Below are positions 49,425 through 59,328 of a DNA stretch of 64,000 nucleotides, one piece after another. A program made the translations under genes and the position numbers. Source of the DNA: an uncultured Gemmatimonadales bacterium (GTDB taxonomy: Bacteria > Gemmatimonadota > Gemmatimonadetes > Gemmatimonadales > GWC2-71-9). Location of the stretch: NCBI GenBank assembly GCA_963798915.1, contig CAWCVB010000006.1, positions 436,307 through 500,306 on the forward strand. The letters are read 5' to 3'. How positions within the stretch are numbered: position 1 is the first letter of the stretch; the number at the start of each line of letters is the position of its first letter. A model generated the notes under the pieces. The model made no database searches. It was not told the origin of the DNA and saw only the letters and a program-made list of their open reading frames with translations.

Positions 49425-51310
49425 CGATCTTCTCGCCGGCTGGCGGCGCGGGCCACGAGGAACTCTCGCAGCCCCTCGAACACGCCAGCCGCATAGGCAG
49501 CCTGACCCTCTGCTGACCGGAGCGCCGCCTCCTGCTCCGGCAGCATGATGAACAGTCCCTCGGTCAGGATGGCCGGCATCCAGGTAGGACGAACCAGCGC
49601 CAGGTCGCCACGACCGAAGCCCAGGTCCCGAACACCCAACCTGCGCACCAGGGCCCGATCCACAGCACGAGCCAACGGGATGCTGCGCGGGTGATTGTAG
49701 AAGACGCTGGTGCCGTTGTTGGTAAATGGATTGATGCCATCGGGCAGCGCGTTGTTGTGGATTGAAACCAGCAGATCCGCTCCGATGGAATCCGCCAGGT
49801 GGGTCCGAGGATAGAGGTCGATCGGTGCGTCACTGGTCCGGCTCATTACCACCCGAGCGCCGGCGCGTGCGAGCAGATCTCGGAGCTTGAGCGCGATGCC
49901 CAGGTTGGGGACCGCCTCGTACAGACCGGTCGGGCCCGTCGCTCCAGCCGGCGGGTGGCCTGGATCCACAACGATCAACAGATCGCGAAATGGATGTCTG
50001 GTGTCGAGCGCTGGTGGCCGGTGAATCTCCAACAGCAGGTCGCCTCCATCATACCGGATGCGGTAGCCCCAAACCGGAGATCCGAGTTCGACCGTCAGTC
50101 GCACCCCCCGCGGGTCATCCTGGGTCCATGCGATGGTCTGCACCAGTGAATCGGTGCTGGGACCGTAGCGCACCCAGTTGGCATCACTGACCGCGTCGTA
50201 CAGGACCAGCTGAAGCCGGCGCTCACTCTCGACCACCTGGAACGGCACCGGTTCAGTCAGCGGAATCCGCAACGTCACACGATCACTATCCGGCGTGAGC
50301 GTGAGCGAGCCGACAATGGCCTGTGGGGCCGGCGCGCCCGGCATGAGAGCCGCTTCGCTGGCTGGCACCCAAGCGTGGATGTCGGGCCCAAGCACCAGCC
50401 GCAGGTCGCTCCCCATCCGCGCGTCTGCCAACGCTCGCGTCCCGTTGGGCCAGAACCAGGTGTACGTCCCTCGCCGCACGGCGCGACCGATCACGATCCC
50501 ATCGGTCGTGCCAGTCCCGGCTCGATCGTCATCGAGCAGTACAGTGCCCAGGGTGGATTCGGCCAGCTCGACCCTCAACGGCCAGCGCACCCTCGCTGAA
50601 TCCGGACCTTGCACGATTGAGAGTGCAAGCGCACTGTCGATTCCTGCCAGCCGCCGGGCTGGCACGCGGGCCACATAGCGGTCCGGCCGCGGTTCGCGGA
50701 CCAGCTTGCGGCGGTCGCGGTCGAACGCGCGGATGCCCTCGGCGACCGTCTCGAGCCGGGTGTCCGGCGAAAAGCGGGTGATCAGGCTGTCCCCCGCCCA
50801 GAGCGACAGTTCCGAGCCGGGCGCCGCCCGCACCGAGAACGCCAGGTCGTCCGCTCCGGGCCATTGCACGGTGCCCGATGGCATCAAGGACGCAGTGTCC
50901 ACCCACGGGCCTGCCGGAGGGGGGACGAAACGTGCCGGCCGGCGAACCGTACGGAGAACGCTCGCGGTATCGCTGCCGAAGACGGCCGTGACCGTGAAAG
51001 GGATCGTGCTGTCCGATGGCAATGCGACCCATGCCAACCAGGACCCATTTGGCCAGACCCGAACAGGGGTCCCATTCACTGTGACGGTGGCCCGACCGTC
51101 GCCAGTGGATCCAAAGAGGAAGGTGGAATCGCGCGCATCGACGGTGGCGCCCTCGTCCGGATAACGGACCGTCAGGGCCAGCGGACCCGTTACCGAATCC
51201 ATGCCGGGAAGGCTCGATCCATTGCGCAGGGACGGTCCGGTTGAAAGCGCGGGCGGAGGGGCGCAGGAGATGCCCAGGAGCAGGAATGTCAGCGGGACAT
51301 GTCGGAGCAT
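49421..51310 (-). CDS. N-acetylmuramoyl-L-alanine amidase (Amidase_3), probable lipoprotein
   Basis: LGISC lipobox; VDPGH, YEAVPNL, SIHNNA and ILTEG zinc/catalytic motifs. Confidence 0.92.
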   Translation of the reverse strand: MLRHVPLTFLLLGISCAPPPALSTGPSLRNGSSLPGMDSVTGPLALTVRYPDEGATVDARDSTFLFGSTGDGRATVTVNGTPVRVWPNGSWLAWVALPSDSTIPFTVTAVFGSDTASVLRTVRRPARFVPPPAGPWVDTASLMPSGTVQWPGADDLAFSVRAAPGSELSLWAGDSLITRFSPDTRLETVAEGIRAFDRDRRKLVREPRPDRYVARVPARRLAGIDSALALSIVQGPDSARVRWPLRVELAESTLGTVLLDDDRAGTGTTDGIVIGRAVRRGTYTWFWPNGTRALADARMGSDLRLVLGPDIHAWVPASEAALMPGAPAPQAIVGSLTLTPDSDRVTLRIPLTEPVPFQVVESERRLQLVLYDAVSDANWVRYGPSTDSLVQTIAWTQDDPRGVRLTVELGSPVWGYRIRYDGGDLLLEIHRPPALDTRHPFRDLLIVVDPGHPPAGATGPTGLYEAVPNLGIALKLRDLLARAGARVVMSRTSDAPIDLYPRTHLADSIGADLLVSIHNNALPDGINPFTNNGTSVFYNHPRSIPLARAVDRALVRRLGVRDLGFGRGDLALVRPTWMPAILTEGLFIMLPEQEAALRSAEGQAAYAAGVFEGLREFLVARAASRREDR

Positions 51311-51437
51311 TGGTCCAAACTATACATCCGCCAGAAGTTACGCCAAAGTGATACGTTGACGCTCCTTCCAGCGATTCCTAGATTCCGCGAGCCGCGCTGG
51401 TGGCGGTGGCCCACAACACTGGAAGGCGCCATTGAGG

Positions 51438-51701
51438 ATGTCCAGCTTCAGCGGCAGGCCCGGCATGATGGCAGCTTTGGCCTTCGCGGCTCTCGCCGTC
51501 GCGTGCGGGGGCGCCGAGCGCGGCGACGAGGCCGTTGCCGACGACTCGGCCCGGGTGGACTCCGTGCCGGCCGAGGCTGACTCGCTGGCCGACAGCGGCC
51601 GGGGCCGCCGCTCGCCAATCGGCGACCCGGGCGCACTTCCCCGACCGGGGGTGCGAGTCCCCCGTCAGCCCGCCGACTCGGCGAGCGGATCCCCGCGATG
51701 A
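51438..51701 (+). CDS. Small putative lipoprotein
   Basis: LAVAC lipobox and low-complexity tail; ATGA overlap with the PP2C gene. Confidence 0.6.
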   Translation: MSSFSGRPGMMAALAFAALAVACGGAERGDEAVADDSARVDSVPAEADSLADSGRGRRSPIGDPGALPRPGVRVPRQPADSASGSPR

Positions 51702-52702
51702 CGAGCGCCATTCACGTATCCGTCTTTGCCAAGACCGACCTCGGTCGTACCAGAGAGCATAATGAGGACTCGTTCCTCGTCGCCGACCTGTCGACCGGCA
51801 ACGCCAGCCTGATGCCCGACGTGCGGGAACACGATGTCGGGCCCCGCGGCTCGCTGTTTGTGGTGGCTGACGGCATGGGCGGCGCCGCGGCGGGCGAACT
51901 GGCCAGCTCGATGGCCACCGAGGTCATCTGGCAGCACCTGCTGACCACCTGGGCGACGGACACGGACCTGACGGCCGAGCGCTTTGCGCTGCGAATCCGG
52001 GAGTCCGTCGAGCGGGCCAATGCCGAAATCTTCCAGTATGCGGAAGAGCATCCTGAAGTACATGGAATGGGTACCACGCTGACGATGGCCGGGGTGTACG
52101 GGGCTGACCTCTACCTGGCGCAGATCGGCGACAGCCGGGCCTACCTGATCCGAGGCGGCCGCGCTTCACAGCTTACGCGCGACCAGTCGCTGACCCAGCG
52201 GCTGGTGGACGCCGGCGAGTTGAGCGAGGAAGAGGCCGAACGCAGCGAGCGCCGTAACATCATCCTCCAGGCCCTGGGGCCCGATGTACACATCCGGGTG
52301 GACCTGAGCCACCAGTCGATCCGGCGTGATGACCTCCTCATCATGTGCTCCGACGGCCTTTCAGGCCTCGTCAAGCGCGATGAGATCGGCGAAGTGGCCG
52401 GCCGGACCGACTCGCTCTCCGCCCTCTGCAGCGAATTGATTGACCTGGCAAACTCGCGCGGCGGCCCCGACAACATCACCGTGGTAGCCGCTCGATTCGG
52501 CGGTGACGGTCTCGGACTTCCCGAAGCGGCTGACCAAGTGGGCTACCGCAACCTGGATATTGAAGACACGACCACGGTGGAGTATCCGGCCCTGCCCCCG
52601 GTCGTGGCCCCAGAGGCCCGGACCGGCTCGCCCCGGACCATCCTGGTTGGCGCCCTGGTACTCACCATCCTGATCGCCCTGATGCTGGTCTTCCTGTTCT
52701 GA
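51698..52702 (+). CDS. PP2C-type Ser/Thr phosphatase (Stp1/PrpC family) with a C-terminal TM helix
   Basis: GRTREHNED, VADGMGG, MGTT, IGDSRAY, CSDGL, GGPDNIT. Confidence 0.95.
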   Translation: MTSAIHVSVFAKTDLGRTREHNEDSFLVADLSTGNASLMPDVREHDVGPRGSLFVVADGMGGAAAGELASSMATEVIWQHLLTTWATDTDLTAERFALRIRESVERANAEIFQYAEEHPEVHGMGTTLTMAGVYGADLYLAQIGDSRAYLIRGGRASQLTRDQSLTQRLVDAGELSEEEAERSERRNIILQALGPDVHIRVDLSHQSIRRDDLLIMCSDGLSGLVKRDEIGEVAGRTDSLSALCSELIDLANSRGGPDNITVVAARFGGDGLGLPEAADQVGYRNLDIEDTTTVEYPALPPVVAPEARTGSPRTILVGALVLTILIALMLVFLF

Positions 52703-52739
52703 GCCGCGGCTTCAGCTTGCAGCCGCGGCCACACGCCCA

Positions 52740-53960
52740 GTGACCGCTCATCTCCAGTTCCAGGATTCGCCGCTCCGCACGCGCCTCGCGTGGATCGGCG
52801 CCATTGCCTTTGCGTCGGGCTTTCCCTTCGGCCTGATCAATGAGACGATGCCGGTGTATCTGCGTAGCGAGGGCGCCGGCCTGGTCCAGGTCGGCCTGGT
52901 TGCGACGGTGACGCTGCCCTGGACCATCAAGTTCCTCTGGGCACCGCTGGTGGATCGAGTAGGAACCCGGCGGATCTGGATCACAGTCTGCCTCGGCCTG
53001 CTCTCCGCCCTGACGCTGCTGGTGGCGCACGCGAACGTTCACACGCTGGCGCCAGGCTTCTGGGTGCTGCTGACTGTCATGGTCACTCTGTCGGCCACGC
53101 AGGACATTGCCATCGACGCCTACACCATCGAAACAACGACGGATCGCGAACTCGGTGTCGCCAACTCGGTGCGGATTGCCCTGTATCGGCTGGCCATGTT
53201 TGTCGCCGGCGGGCTGCTCATCTACATTGGCGGCCGGATCAACTGGGCCGTCGCCTTCACGGTAGGGGCGGCACTCCTCGCCGCGCTGGCACTTGCGAGT
53301 TTCCTCCTGCCGACCGTGCGGGAGAGTCGGTCCGACCATGCGTCCATCTGGCAGCCGATCCGGATGCTCCTGGCGCGGCACGGCATTGGGTATGTGATCG
53401 TGTTCGCGCTGATCTTCAAGCTGGATGTCGCCTTTCTCGAACCCATGATGCGCCCGTTCTGGGTCGATCGCGGCCTGTCCCTCGAGGAGATCGGCGCGGC
53501 GCTGACGACCGGCCGGATTATCGCGACCATCGCGGGCGCGACGCTGGGTGGCGTTCTCACCTCGAAGTGGGGCATTCGCACCGCGCTCTGGTCCCTCGGC
53601 GCCGTGCAGGCACTGTCCGCGCTGGGCTACTTCGTCGCCACGCTCGTCCCTGGACGCGTCCCGGTCTATGGCGCGGCACTCTTCGAGAATTTTGCGGCAG
53701 GACTCGGCACGGCGGCGTTCGTCGCGTTTCTGATGAGCGTGGCGGAGCGGCGCTTTGCCGCCACCCAGTACGCCCTGTTGTCGGCCTTGATGGCGGTGAC
53801 GCGCGGTGGAGCGGGTACAGTAGCGGGTTCGATGGCGGAGCGACTGGGCTATGGCCCGTACTTTCTGGTGGCCTTCCTGCTTGGGTTGCCGGCGTTCCTG
53901 CTCATTCCGTTCCTGCAGCGCGCCCGGCGACCGGATGACCTCAGCGCCGCACCCGGTTGA
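52740..53960 (+). CDS. ampG: AmpG-like muropeptide MFS permease
   Basis: FASGFP, LPWTIKFLWAPLVD, SATQDIAIDAY, ATQYALLS. Confidence 0.88.
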   Translation: MTAHLQFQDSPLRTRLAWIGAIAFASGFPFGLINETMPVYLRSEGAGLVQVGLVATVTLPWTIKFLWAPLVDRVGTRRIWITVCLGLLSALTLLVAHANVHTLAPGFWVLLTVMVTLSATQDIAIDAYTIETTTDRELGVANSVRIALYRLAMFVAGGLLIYIGGRINWAVAFTVGAALLAALALASFLLPTVRESRSDHASIWQPIRMLLARHGIGYVIVFALIFKLDVAFLEPMMRPFWVDRGLSLEEIGAALTTGRIIATIAGATLGGVLTSKWGIRTALWSLGAVQALSALGYFVATLVPGRVPVYGAALFENFAAGLGTAAFVAFLMSVAERRFAATQYALLSALMAVTRGGAGTVAGSMAERLGYGPYFLVAFLLGLPAFLLIPFLQRARRPDDLSAAPG

Positions 53961-55365
53961 TCATCCATCGGGCGACCGCCTCCTGCATGAGGCGCTGCCG
54001 GTGCCACGCCACCAGAATGGGCGCCTCGCCGGGTATGCTTTCGGCAAGACGCGGATGCCCGAAGAGAACTACCAGATCGGCTCCGGGCGCTGATTCGCGA
54101 AGCCGCGCGAGGTTTTCCGGACTGAATCCCGCTCGTCCCTTCCACGCCCGCGGTTCCGCGTACGCCAGCACCACGCGGCTTCCTCCGCTTCCGAACGCGA
54201 TCCCCTCATCCTGCAGCGCACGAATGATCCAGTTCGACGGGCTGGCCGGATAGGGACCTCCGAGGTCATCGTCCACCACCGTGATCTCCAGCGCTTGCAC
54301 CATCGGGCGAAGGGCGCCGCGCAGGAGCGGTGCGTCGAGCAGTCGGTCCGCCAACTCGTTACTCACCGTCGCGGGATCGGGATCGTCGGCCGATGCGACC
54401 GGCGCCGGCCGGCTCAGGAGCCGGTCCACCTGCTCCAGGGCCGCCGCGATTCGCGCTGGTGAGAGCGTCCCCGACCGCAGCGCATCGGTCAGCGACGCAT
54501 GCGCGAGCGACAGGTTCCTGGGATAGAGAAGGACATCCACGCCGGCCGCCACGGCCGCGACATAGGCCGATGCTTCATCATGGCTCTCGAACGCACCATC
54601 CATGATCAGCGCATCGCTGACCACCGCTCCGGCAAAGCCCAGCGCTTCACGAAGAATCGCCAGGATCGGCAGCGACAATGTGGCCGGCTTCCCGGAAGGA
54701 TCCAGCGCCGGGTAGGAAACATGTGCCGTCATGCAGGACGCCACGCCGGCGGCAATGCCGGCGCGGAACGGCTGGAGATCATCCTGAAGCTGCTCCCGGT
54801 CCGCCGCCACGGATGGCAGGCCAGCGTGCGAATCCGACACCGTGCGCCCGTGACCAGGAAAATGCTTGACACACGCGAGCGCGCCCGCGCCCTGGCATCC
54901 TTCCACCCATGCCGCGACACAGGCCCCGACCCATGCCGGGTCATCGCCGAAGGCCCGGGTCTGCACGATCGGGTTGTCCGGTTCGGCATCGAGATCCGCA
55001 ACCGGGGCAAAGATCCAGCGGATGCCGACGCCCAGTGCTTCGCGCGCCGTTGCCGCAGCGGCCGCTCGCACGGTGGCCAGATCGCTGAGCGAACCCAATG
55101 CACGTGGCGGCGGCAGTTCATGCAGCCCGGCAAACTGCTGTCCTGCTCCCCGCTCCAGATCCGCACCGAACAGCAGCGGAACCGCGCTCCGTGTCGTCAG
55201 CGAGGCAACCAGCTCACCTACCTGATCCGCGGGGCCGCCGAAGATGATGAATCCGCCGACGCCCAGCTCAAGCGCCTGCTCGATGCGGGCGGATTCGTGA
55301 TGGAATCCGGTTTCCTCACTCCAGCGGAGCGCCGGCATGAGGAGCCGCCCGTGCGACACGTTCAC
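53941..55365 (-). CDS. nagZ: GH3 beta-N-acetylglucosaminidase (NagZ-like)
   Basis: DLERG, APVAD, KHFPGHGRTVSDSH signature, MTAH, SDALIM. Confidence 0.88.
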   Translation of the reverse strand: MNVSHGRLLMPALRWSEETGFHHESARIEQALELGVGGFIIFGGPADQVGELVASLTTRSAVPLLFGADLERGAGQQFAGLHELPPPRALGSLSDLATVRAAAAATAREALGVGIRWIFAPVADLDAEPDNPIVQTRAFGDDPAWVGACVAAWVEGCQGAGALACVKHFPGHGRTVSDSHAGLPSVAADREQLQDDLQPFRAGIAAGVASCMTAHVSYPALDPSGKPATLSLPILAILREALGFAGAVVSDALIMDGAFESHDEASAYVAAVAAGVDVLLYPRNLSLAHASLTDALRSGTLSPARIAAALEQVDRLLSRPAPVASADDPDPATVSNELADRLLDAPLLRGALRPMVQALEITVVDDDLGGPYPASPSNWIIRALQDEGIAFGSGGSRVVLAYAEPRAWKGRAGFSPENLARLRESAPGADLVVLFGHPRLAESIPGEAPILVAWHRQRLMQEAVARWMINRVRR

Positions 55366-56474
55366 GGCGGCGTCACGGCGCCGAGCACGCGCGAACCTTG
55401 AGCCCCGGTCGCCGCTGGGAGGTTGGCCGGCTGGCCATGGATGGTCAGATAGCCCAGCAGCGCGAACGCCGCCGCTTCCTTGGCATCGCCATCAAAGAAC
55501 AGTTCGTCAAACCTGCGAAGGCTCACTGCCTGTCCGCGCCGGGTCGAGAGCTCACGCGCCAGCGCAGCCATGACTCCAGGGTGGTGCGCACCGCCGCCGG
55601 CGACCACTACCTCGGCCGGGGGTGTCCAGCGCTCTACTGCCGCGGCGATCGACACCGCCGTCAACTCCACTGCCGTCGCCACACCATCGGCGCCGGGGCA
55701 GCGACGTGCCAGCTCCCGCGCGAATGCATCCCCGTAGCGTTCCCGGCCCGTGCTCTTGGGCGGGGGCTCCGCCAAAAAGGGGTCGGCCAGCAATTCCGCC
55801 AACAGCTCACGATCCACCTGACCGGCACCACTCACCTCGCCGTCACGGTCATAGGGCAGGTCGGGACGGAGCCGACGGGCCATCGTGTCGATGACAGCCA
55901 TACCTGGGCCGGTGTCGAATGCGAACGCGCCGGCTTCCTCGGCGCGGCGCGGCACGAACGTCAGGTTTGCCATGCCGCCGATGTTGAGCAGCACCCGGGC
56001 GCACTCTCCGCCGAAGAGCAACACGTCAGCCATGGGCACGAGCGGGGCACCCTGGCCGCCTGCCGCGATGTCGCGCGAGCGGAAATTGTGAACCACGCGG
56101 ACGCCAAAGCGTTCGGCCAGCACAGCTGGCTCCCCCAGTTGCCAGCTCACCAGCGGCGGCTCGTGCCAGATGGTCTGCCCATGGAAAGCGATGAATGACA
56201 GGTCCGGCGCCCGAACCCGACTGGCCTCGAGCGCAAGCTGGACCGCGTCGCCGGCCCAATGACCAAGCTGCACGTGCAGCCGTGCCAGCTCCGGTGCCCG
56301 CGCACCGGCGATTCCTGCGGCGATCGAGGCGCGCTCATGCGGCGCGTAGGGCCGGGTGGCGAAGCCCAGCAGTTCGAGGTGGGTGGGATCGTGAAGCCGC
56401 ACGACGGCCGCATCCATGCCGTCCAGCGAGGTGCCCGACATGATTCCCACACCAAGACACGGCCGTTCGCTCAT
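55362..56474 (-). CDS. anmK: Anhydro-N-acetylmuramic acid kinase
   Basis: MSGTSLDGMD, HGQT, GGQGAPL, NIGGMAN, DTGPG, PKSTGRE, KEA. Confidence 0.96.
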   Translation of the reverse strand: MSERPCLGVGIMSGTSLDGMDAAVVRLHDPTHLELLGFATRPYAPHERASIAAGIAGARAPELARLHVQLGHWAGDAVQLALEASRVRAPDLSFIAFHGQTIWHEPPLVSWQLGEPAVLAERFGVRVVHNFRSRDIAAGGQGAPLVPMADVLLFGGECARVLLNIGGMANLTFVPRRAEEAGAFAFDTGPGMAVIDTMARRLRPDLPYDRDGEVSGAGQVDRELLAELLADPFLAEPPPKSTGRERYGDAFARELARRCPGADGVATAVELTAVSIAAAVERWTPPAEVVVAGGGAHHPGVMAALARELSTRRGQAVSLRRFDELFFDGDAKEAAAFALLGYLTIHGQPANLPAATGAQGSRVLGAVTPP

Positions 56475-57397
56475 CGAGCACTCATGGGAGGGGGGTCACC
56501 GACGATCTCGCGCAAGCGGCCGCCGTGCTGCTCCAGCAGCCGCGCGGCTTCCCCGGCATCCACCTGCATTCGCGCCATGACGATGGCCAGCTTGACCTCG
56601 CCGCCGGCGGCATCGATGGCGGCCCGTGCCGCCGGCCGTGGCAGGCTGGTTGTCTCCATCACGATCCGCTCGCTGCGATCGCGCAGCTTCTCGTTCCAGG
56701 CGCGAAGGTCCACCATGAGATTGCCGTAAACCTTCCCGAGCCGGATCATCGCGCCAGTGGTGATGATGTTGAGAATCAGTTTCGTTGCGGTGCCGGCTTT
56801 CATGCGGGTGGACCCGGTGACAACCTCGGGGCCGACCTCTGCCACGATGCACACGTCACACAATTCGCGCAGCTCCGGCGGTGGCTCGGAGCAGGTGAGA
56901 AAGCCGGTACGTGCGCCCAACGTGCTTGCCTCTTCCAATGCGGCATGCACGTAGGGAGTGGTCCCACTGGCGGCGATGCCCAGCATGAAGTCGTTCCGGC
57001 CCACCCTGAGGCCGTTCACCGCCTGCCTCGCTGCGTCAGGATTGTCCTCAGCCCCCTCCACCGAGCGCCGAAGCGCGGCATCGCCGCCGGCGATCAGTCC
57101 CTGCACCAGGTCTGGCGGCGAGCCAAACGTGGGCGGACATTCAGTGGCATCGAGGACGCCCAATCGCCCACTCGTGCCAGCGCCAACATAGATGAGCCTG
57201 CCACCGGCCCGGAAGGCTGCCTCGGCCAGTTCCAGCGCCAGCGTCACCTCGGTTGCGGCTGCCGCCACCGCTCCCGGCACGCGGGCATCTTCCGCGTTGA
57301 TCAGCGCCACGATGTCGCGCGGGGACGCGACATCGATCTGCTGGGTGCGCGGATTCCGCTGCTCGGTCAAGCGGCCGTCGTGGACTGGGTTCGTCAT
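56471..57397 (-). CDS. murQ: MurNAc-6-phosphate etherase
   Basis: TEQRNP, GAGTSGRLG, ECPPTF, GPEVVTGSTRMKAGTA, NLMVD. Confidence 0.96.
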   Translation of the reverse strand: MTNPVHDGRLTEQRNPRTQQIDVASPRDIVALINAEDARVPGAVAAAATEVTLALELAEAAFRAGGRLIYVGAGTSGRLGVLDATECPPTFGSPPDLVQGLIAGGDAALRRSVEGAEDNPDAARQAVNGLRVGRNDFMLGIAASGTTPYVHAALEEASTLGARTGFLTCSEPPPELRELCDVCIVAEVGPEVVTGSTRMKAGTATKLILNIITTGAMIRLGKVYGNLMVDLRAWNEKLRDRSERIVMETTSLPRPAARAAIDAAGGEVKLAIVMARMQVDAGEAARLLEQHGGRLREIVGDPPPMSAR

Positions 57398-57511
57398 CGA
57401 CCTGGGTGTGAGGGTGTGCCGGGGCGCGGGCGCCGCTAAATTAGGGGCCGCGCCGCTGCCAGAGCAACCGGGCAGCGTTGCGCCCCATCTCCTTCCAGTG
57501 GCGAGGCGCCC

Positions 57512-59257
57512 GTGATTCGTCGACTGTTGGTCACCCTCTGCATCTCCCTTCTGCCTGCCTGCGCGCACACCCCCAGTCAGCCAGCCAGTGGCGTTTTGAC
57601 CCCGGCCGGCGGCGCGGAAGGCATGCGGGCGGATTGGCCCCTCCGTGGCCGGTCGCGCGTGGTCCACGGGTCCCACGCTGTCGTCGTCTCCGGTAACGAA
57701 ATCGCCAGCCAGATCGGGCGGGACATCCTCCAGCAGGGCGGCAACGCGGTGGACGCGGCCGTCGCCGTGGGCTTTGCGCTGACCGTGGTGCATCCTGAAG
57801 CCGGCAACATTGGCGGCGGCGGGTTCATGGTCATCCGCCTGAAGGATGGCGGCGTCTTCACCCTGGACTACCGGGAGGTCGCGCCAAAGCGGGCGACGCC
57901 GGACATGTACGTGGACTTGCGCGGCAACCCGACCGAACTGAGCATCGTGGGTCACCTGTCGGCCGGCGTTCCCGGGGCGGTCGCCGGCATGGCCGAGGCG
58001 CATCGACGGTTCGGCAAGCTGCCGTGGCGCGAGGTCGTCGAGCCGGCCGTGCGGCTGGCGACAGATGGGTTCACGGTGGATTCGTTCCGCTTCCGCTCGA
58101 TCGAGGGCTCGCGCGAATTGCTGTACCTCTTCCCGGCCTCGCGCAGGAAATTCCTGACCGATGGCGGGCATGCCCCGCAGCCCGGAACGACCTGGCGCCA
58201 GCCGGACCTGGGCCGCACGCTCGCGGCGATTCGCGACCACGGGCGCGATGGGTTCTATACCGGGCCAGTCGCCGACCTCATCGTCAAGGAAATGGAGCTG
58301 GGCGGCGGCATCATCTCGCACGCCGACCTGGAGGACTACAAGGCAATCTGGCGCGACCCGGTACGGGTGAGTTACCGAGGATATACCGTCTATTCCATGC
58401 CGCCGGCGTCGTCCGGCGGGGTAACGATGGGGGAGATCCTCAACATCATGGAGGGCTGGCCCTCGCTCCCGGCCTTCGGCACCGGCGAGCTCATTCATCG
58501 TGAGACCGAGGCGATGCGACGCGCCTTCACCGACAGGAACGTATTTCTTGGCGATCCCGCCTTCGTGGACCTGCCGCTGGGCCGGCTGCTCTCCAAGTCC
58601 TATGCCGATTCGCTGCGACACCAGATTGGCGAGCGCGCGTCCAAGACGCCCAAGTTCGATGCCAGCCTGCCCACCGGATCATCCACCACCCATTACAGTG
58701 TTGTCGATGCGGACGGCAATGCGGTCAGCACCACCACGACGCTCAATAACAGCTATGGCAGCGGTGTCACCGTCAGCGGGGCCGGCTTTCTGCTGAACGA
58801 CGAAATGGACGACTTTGCCACGGCGCCGGGCAAGCCCAACATGTTCGGCCTGGTGCAGGGCGAAGCCAACAATGTACAGCCCGGCAAGCGCATGCTGTCC
58901 GCCATGACGCCGAGCATTGTCCTGGACTCCACTGATGACCTCTACATGATCGTCGGGACACCCGGTGGGCCGCGCATCATCACCATGGTCTATCACGTCA
59001 TCTCCAACGTCATTGATCACCACATGTCGCTGGCCGACGCGGTTGCGGCGCCACGGACGCATCATCAGGCCCTTCCCGATGTCATCCGCGTGGAGCGCAA
59101 CGGGTTCACGGCCGCGACATTGGCGGACCTGCGCGCACGTGGCCACGAAGTGCAGGAGGGTGGCTACTCCGGTGACGTAGAGGCAATCATCCGGACCGGC
59201 GAGGGCTGGGAGGGTGTGAGCGATCCCCGGTACGGAGGTGGTGGCGCGGCGTATTGA
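57512..59257 (+). CDS. ggt: Gamma-glutamyltransferase, probable lipoprotein
   Basis: LPAC lipobox, GGNAVDAA, IGGGGF, DYRE, TTHYS nucleophile, LNDEMDDF, GTPGG, SDPR. Confidence 0.95.
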   Translation: MIRRLLVTLCISLLPACAHTPSQPASGVLTPAGGAEGMRADWPLRGRSRVVHGSHAVVVSGNEIASQIGRDILQQGGNAVDAAVAVGFALTVVHPEAGNIGGGGFMVIRLKDGGVFTLDYREVAPKRATPDMYVDLRGNPTELSIVGHLSAGVPGAVAGMAEAHRRFGKLPWREVVEPAVRLATDGFTVDSFRFRSIEGSRELLYLFPASRRKFLTDGGHAPQPGTTWRQPDLGRTLAAIRDHGRDGFYTGPVADLIVKEMELGGGIISHADLEDYKAIWRDPVRVSYRGYTVYSMPPASSGGVTMGEILNIMEGWPSLPAFGTGELIHRETEAMRRAFTDRNVFLGDPAFVDLPLGRLLSKSYADSLRHQIGERASKTPKFDASLPTGSSTTHYSVVDADGNAVSTTTTLNNSYGSGVTVSGAGFLLNDEMDDFATAPGKPNMFGLVQGEANNVQPGKRMLSAMTPSIVLDSTDDLYMIVGTPGGPRIITMVYHVISNVIDHHMSLADAVAAPRTHHQALPDVIRVERNGFTAATLADLRARGHEVQEGGYSGDVEAIIRTGEGWEGVSDPRYGGGGAAY

Positions 59258-59281
59258 AGAGAAGATCCGGTGCCGGCCACA

Positions 59282-59312
59282 GCCGGGGGCGGGTATGAGA
59301 CCCGCCCTCGGC
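59282..59312. terminator. GC-rich hairpin between convergent genes
   Basis: GCCGGGGGCGGGT-ATGAG-ACCCGCCCTCGGC; no U tract. Confidence 0.5.
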
Positions 59313-59328
59313 CGCCGGGCCGCGAGGC

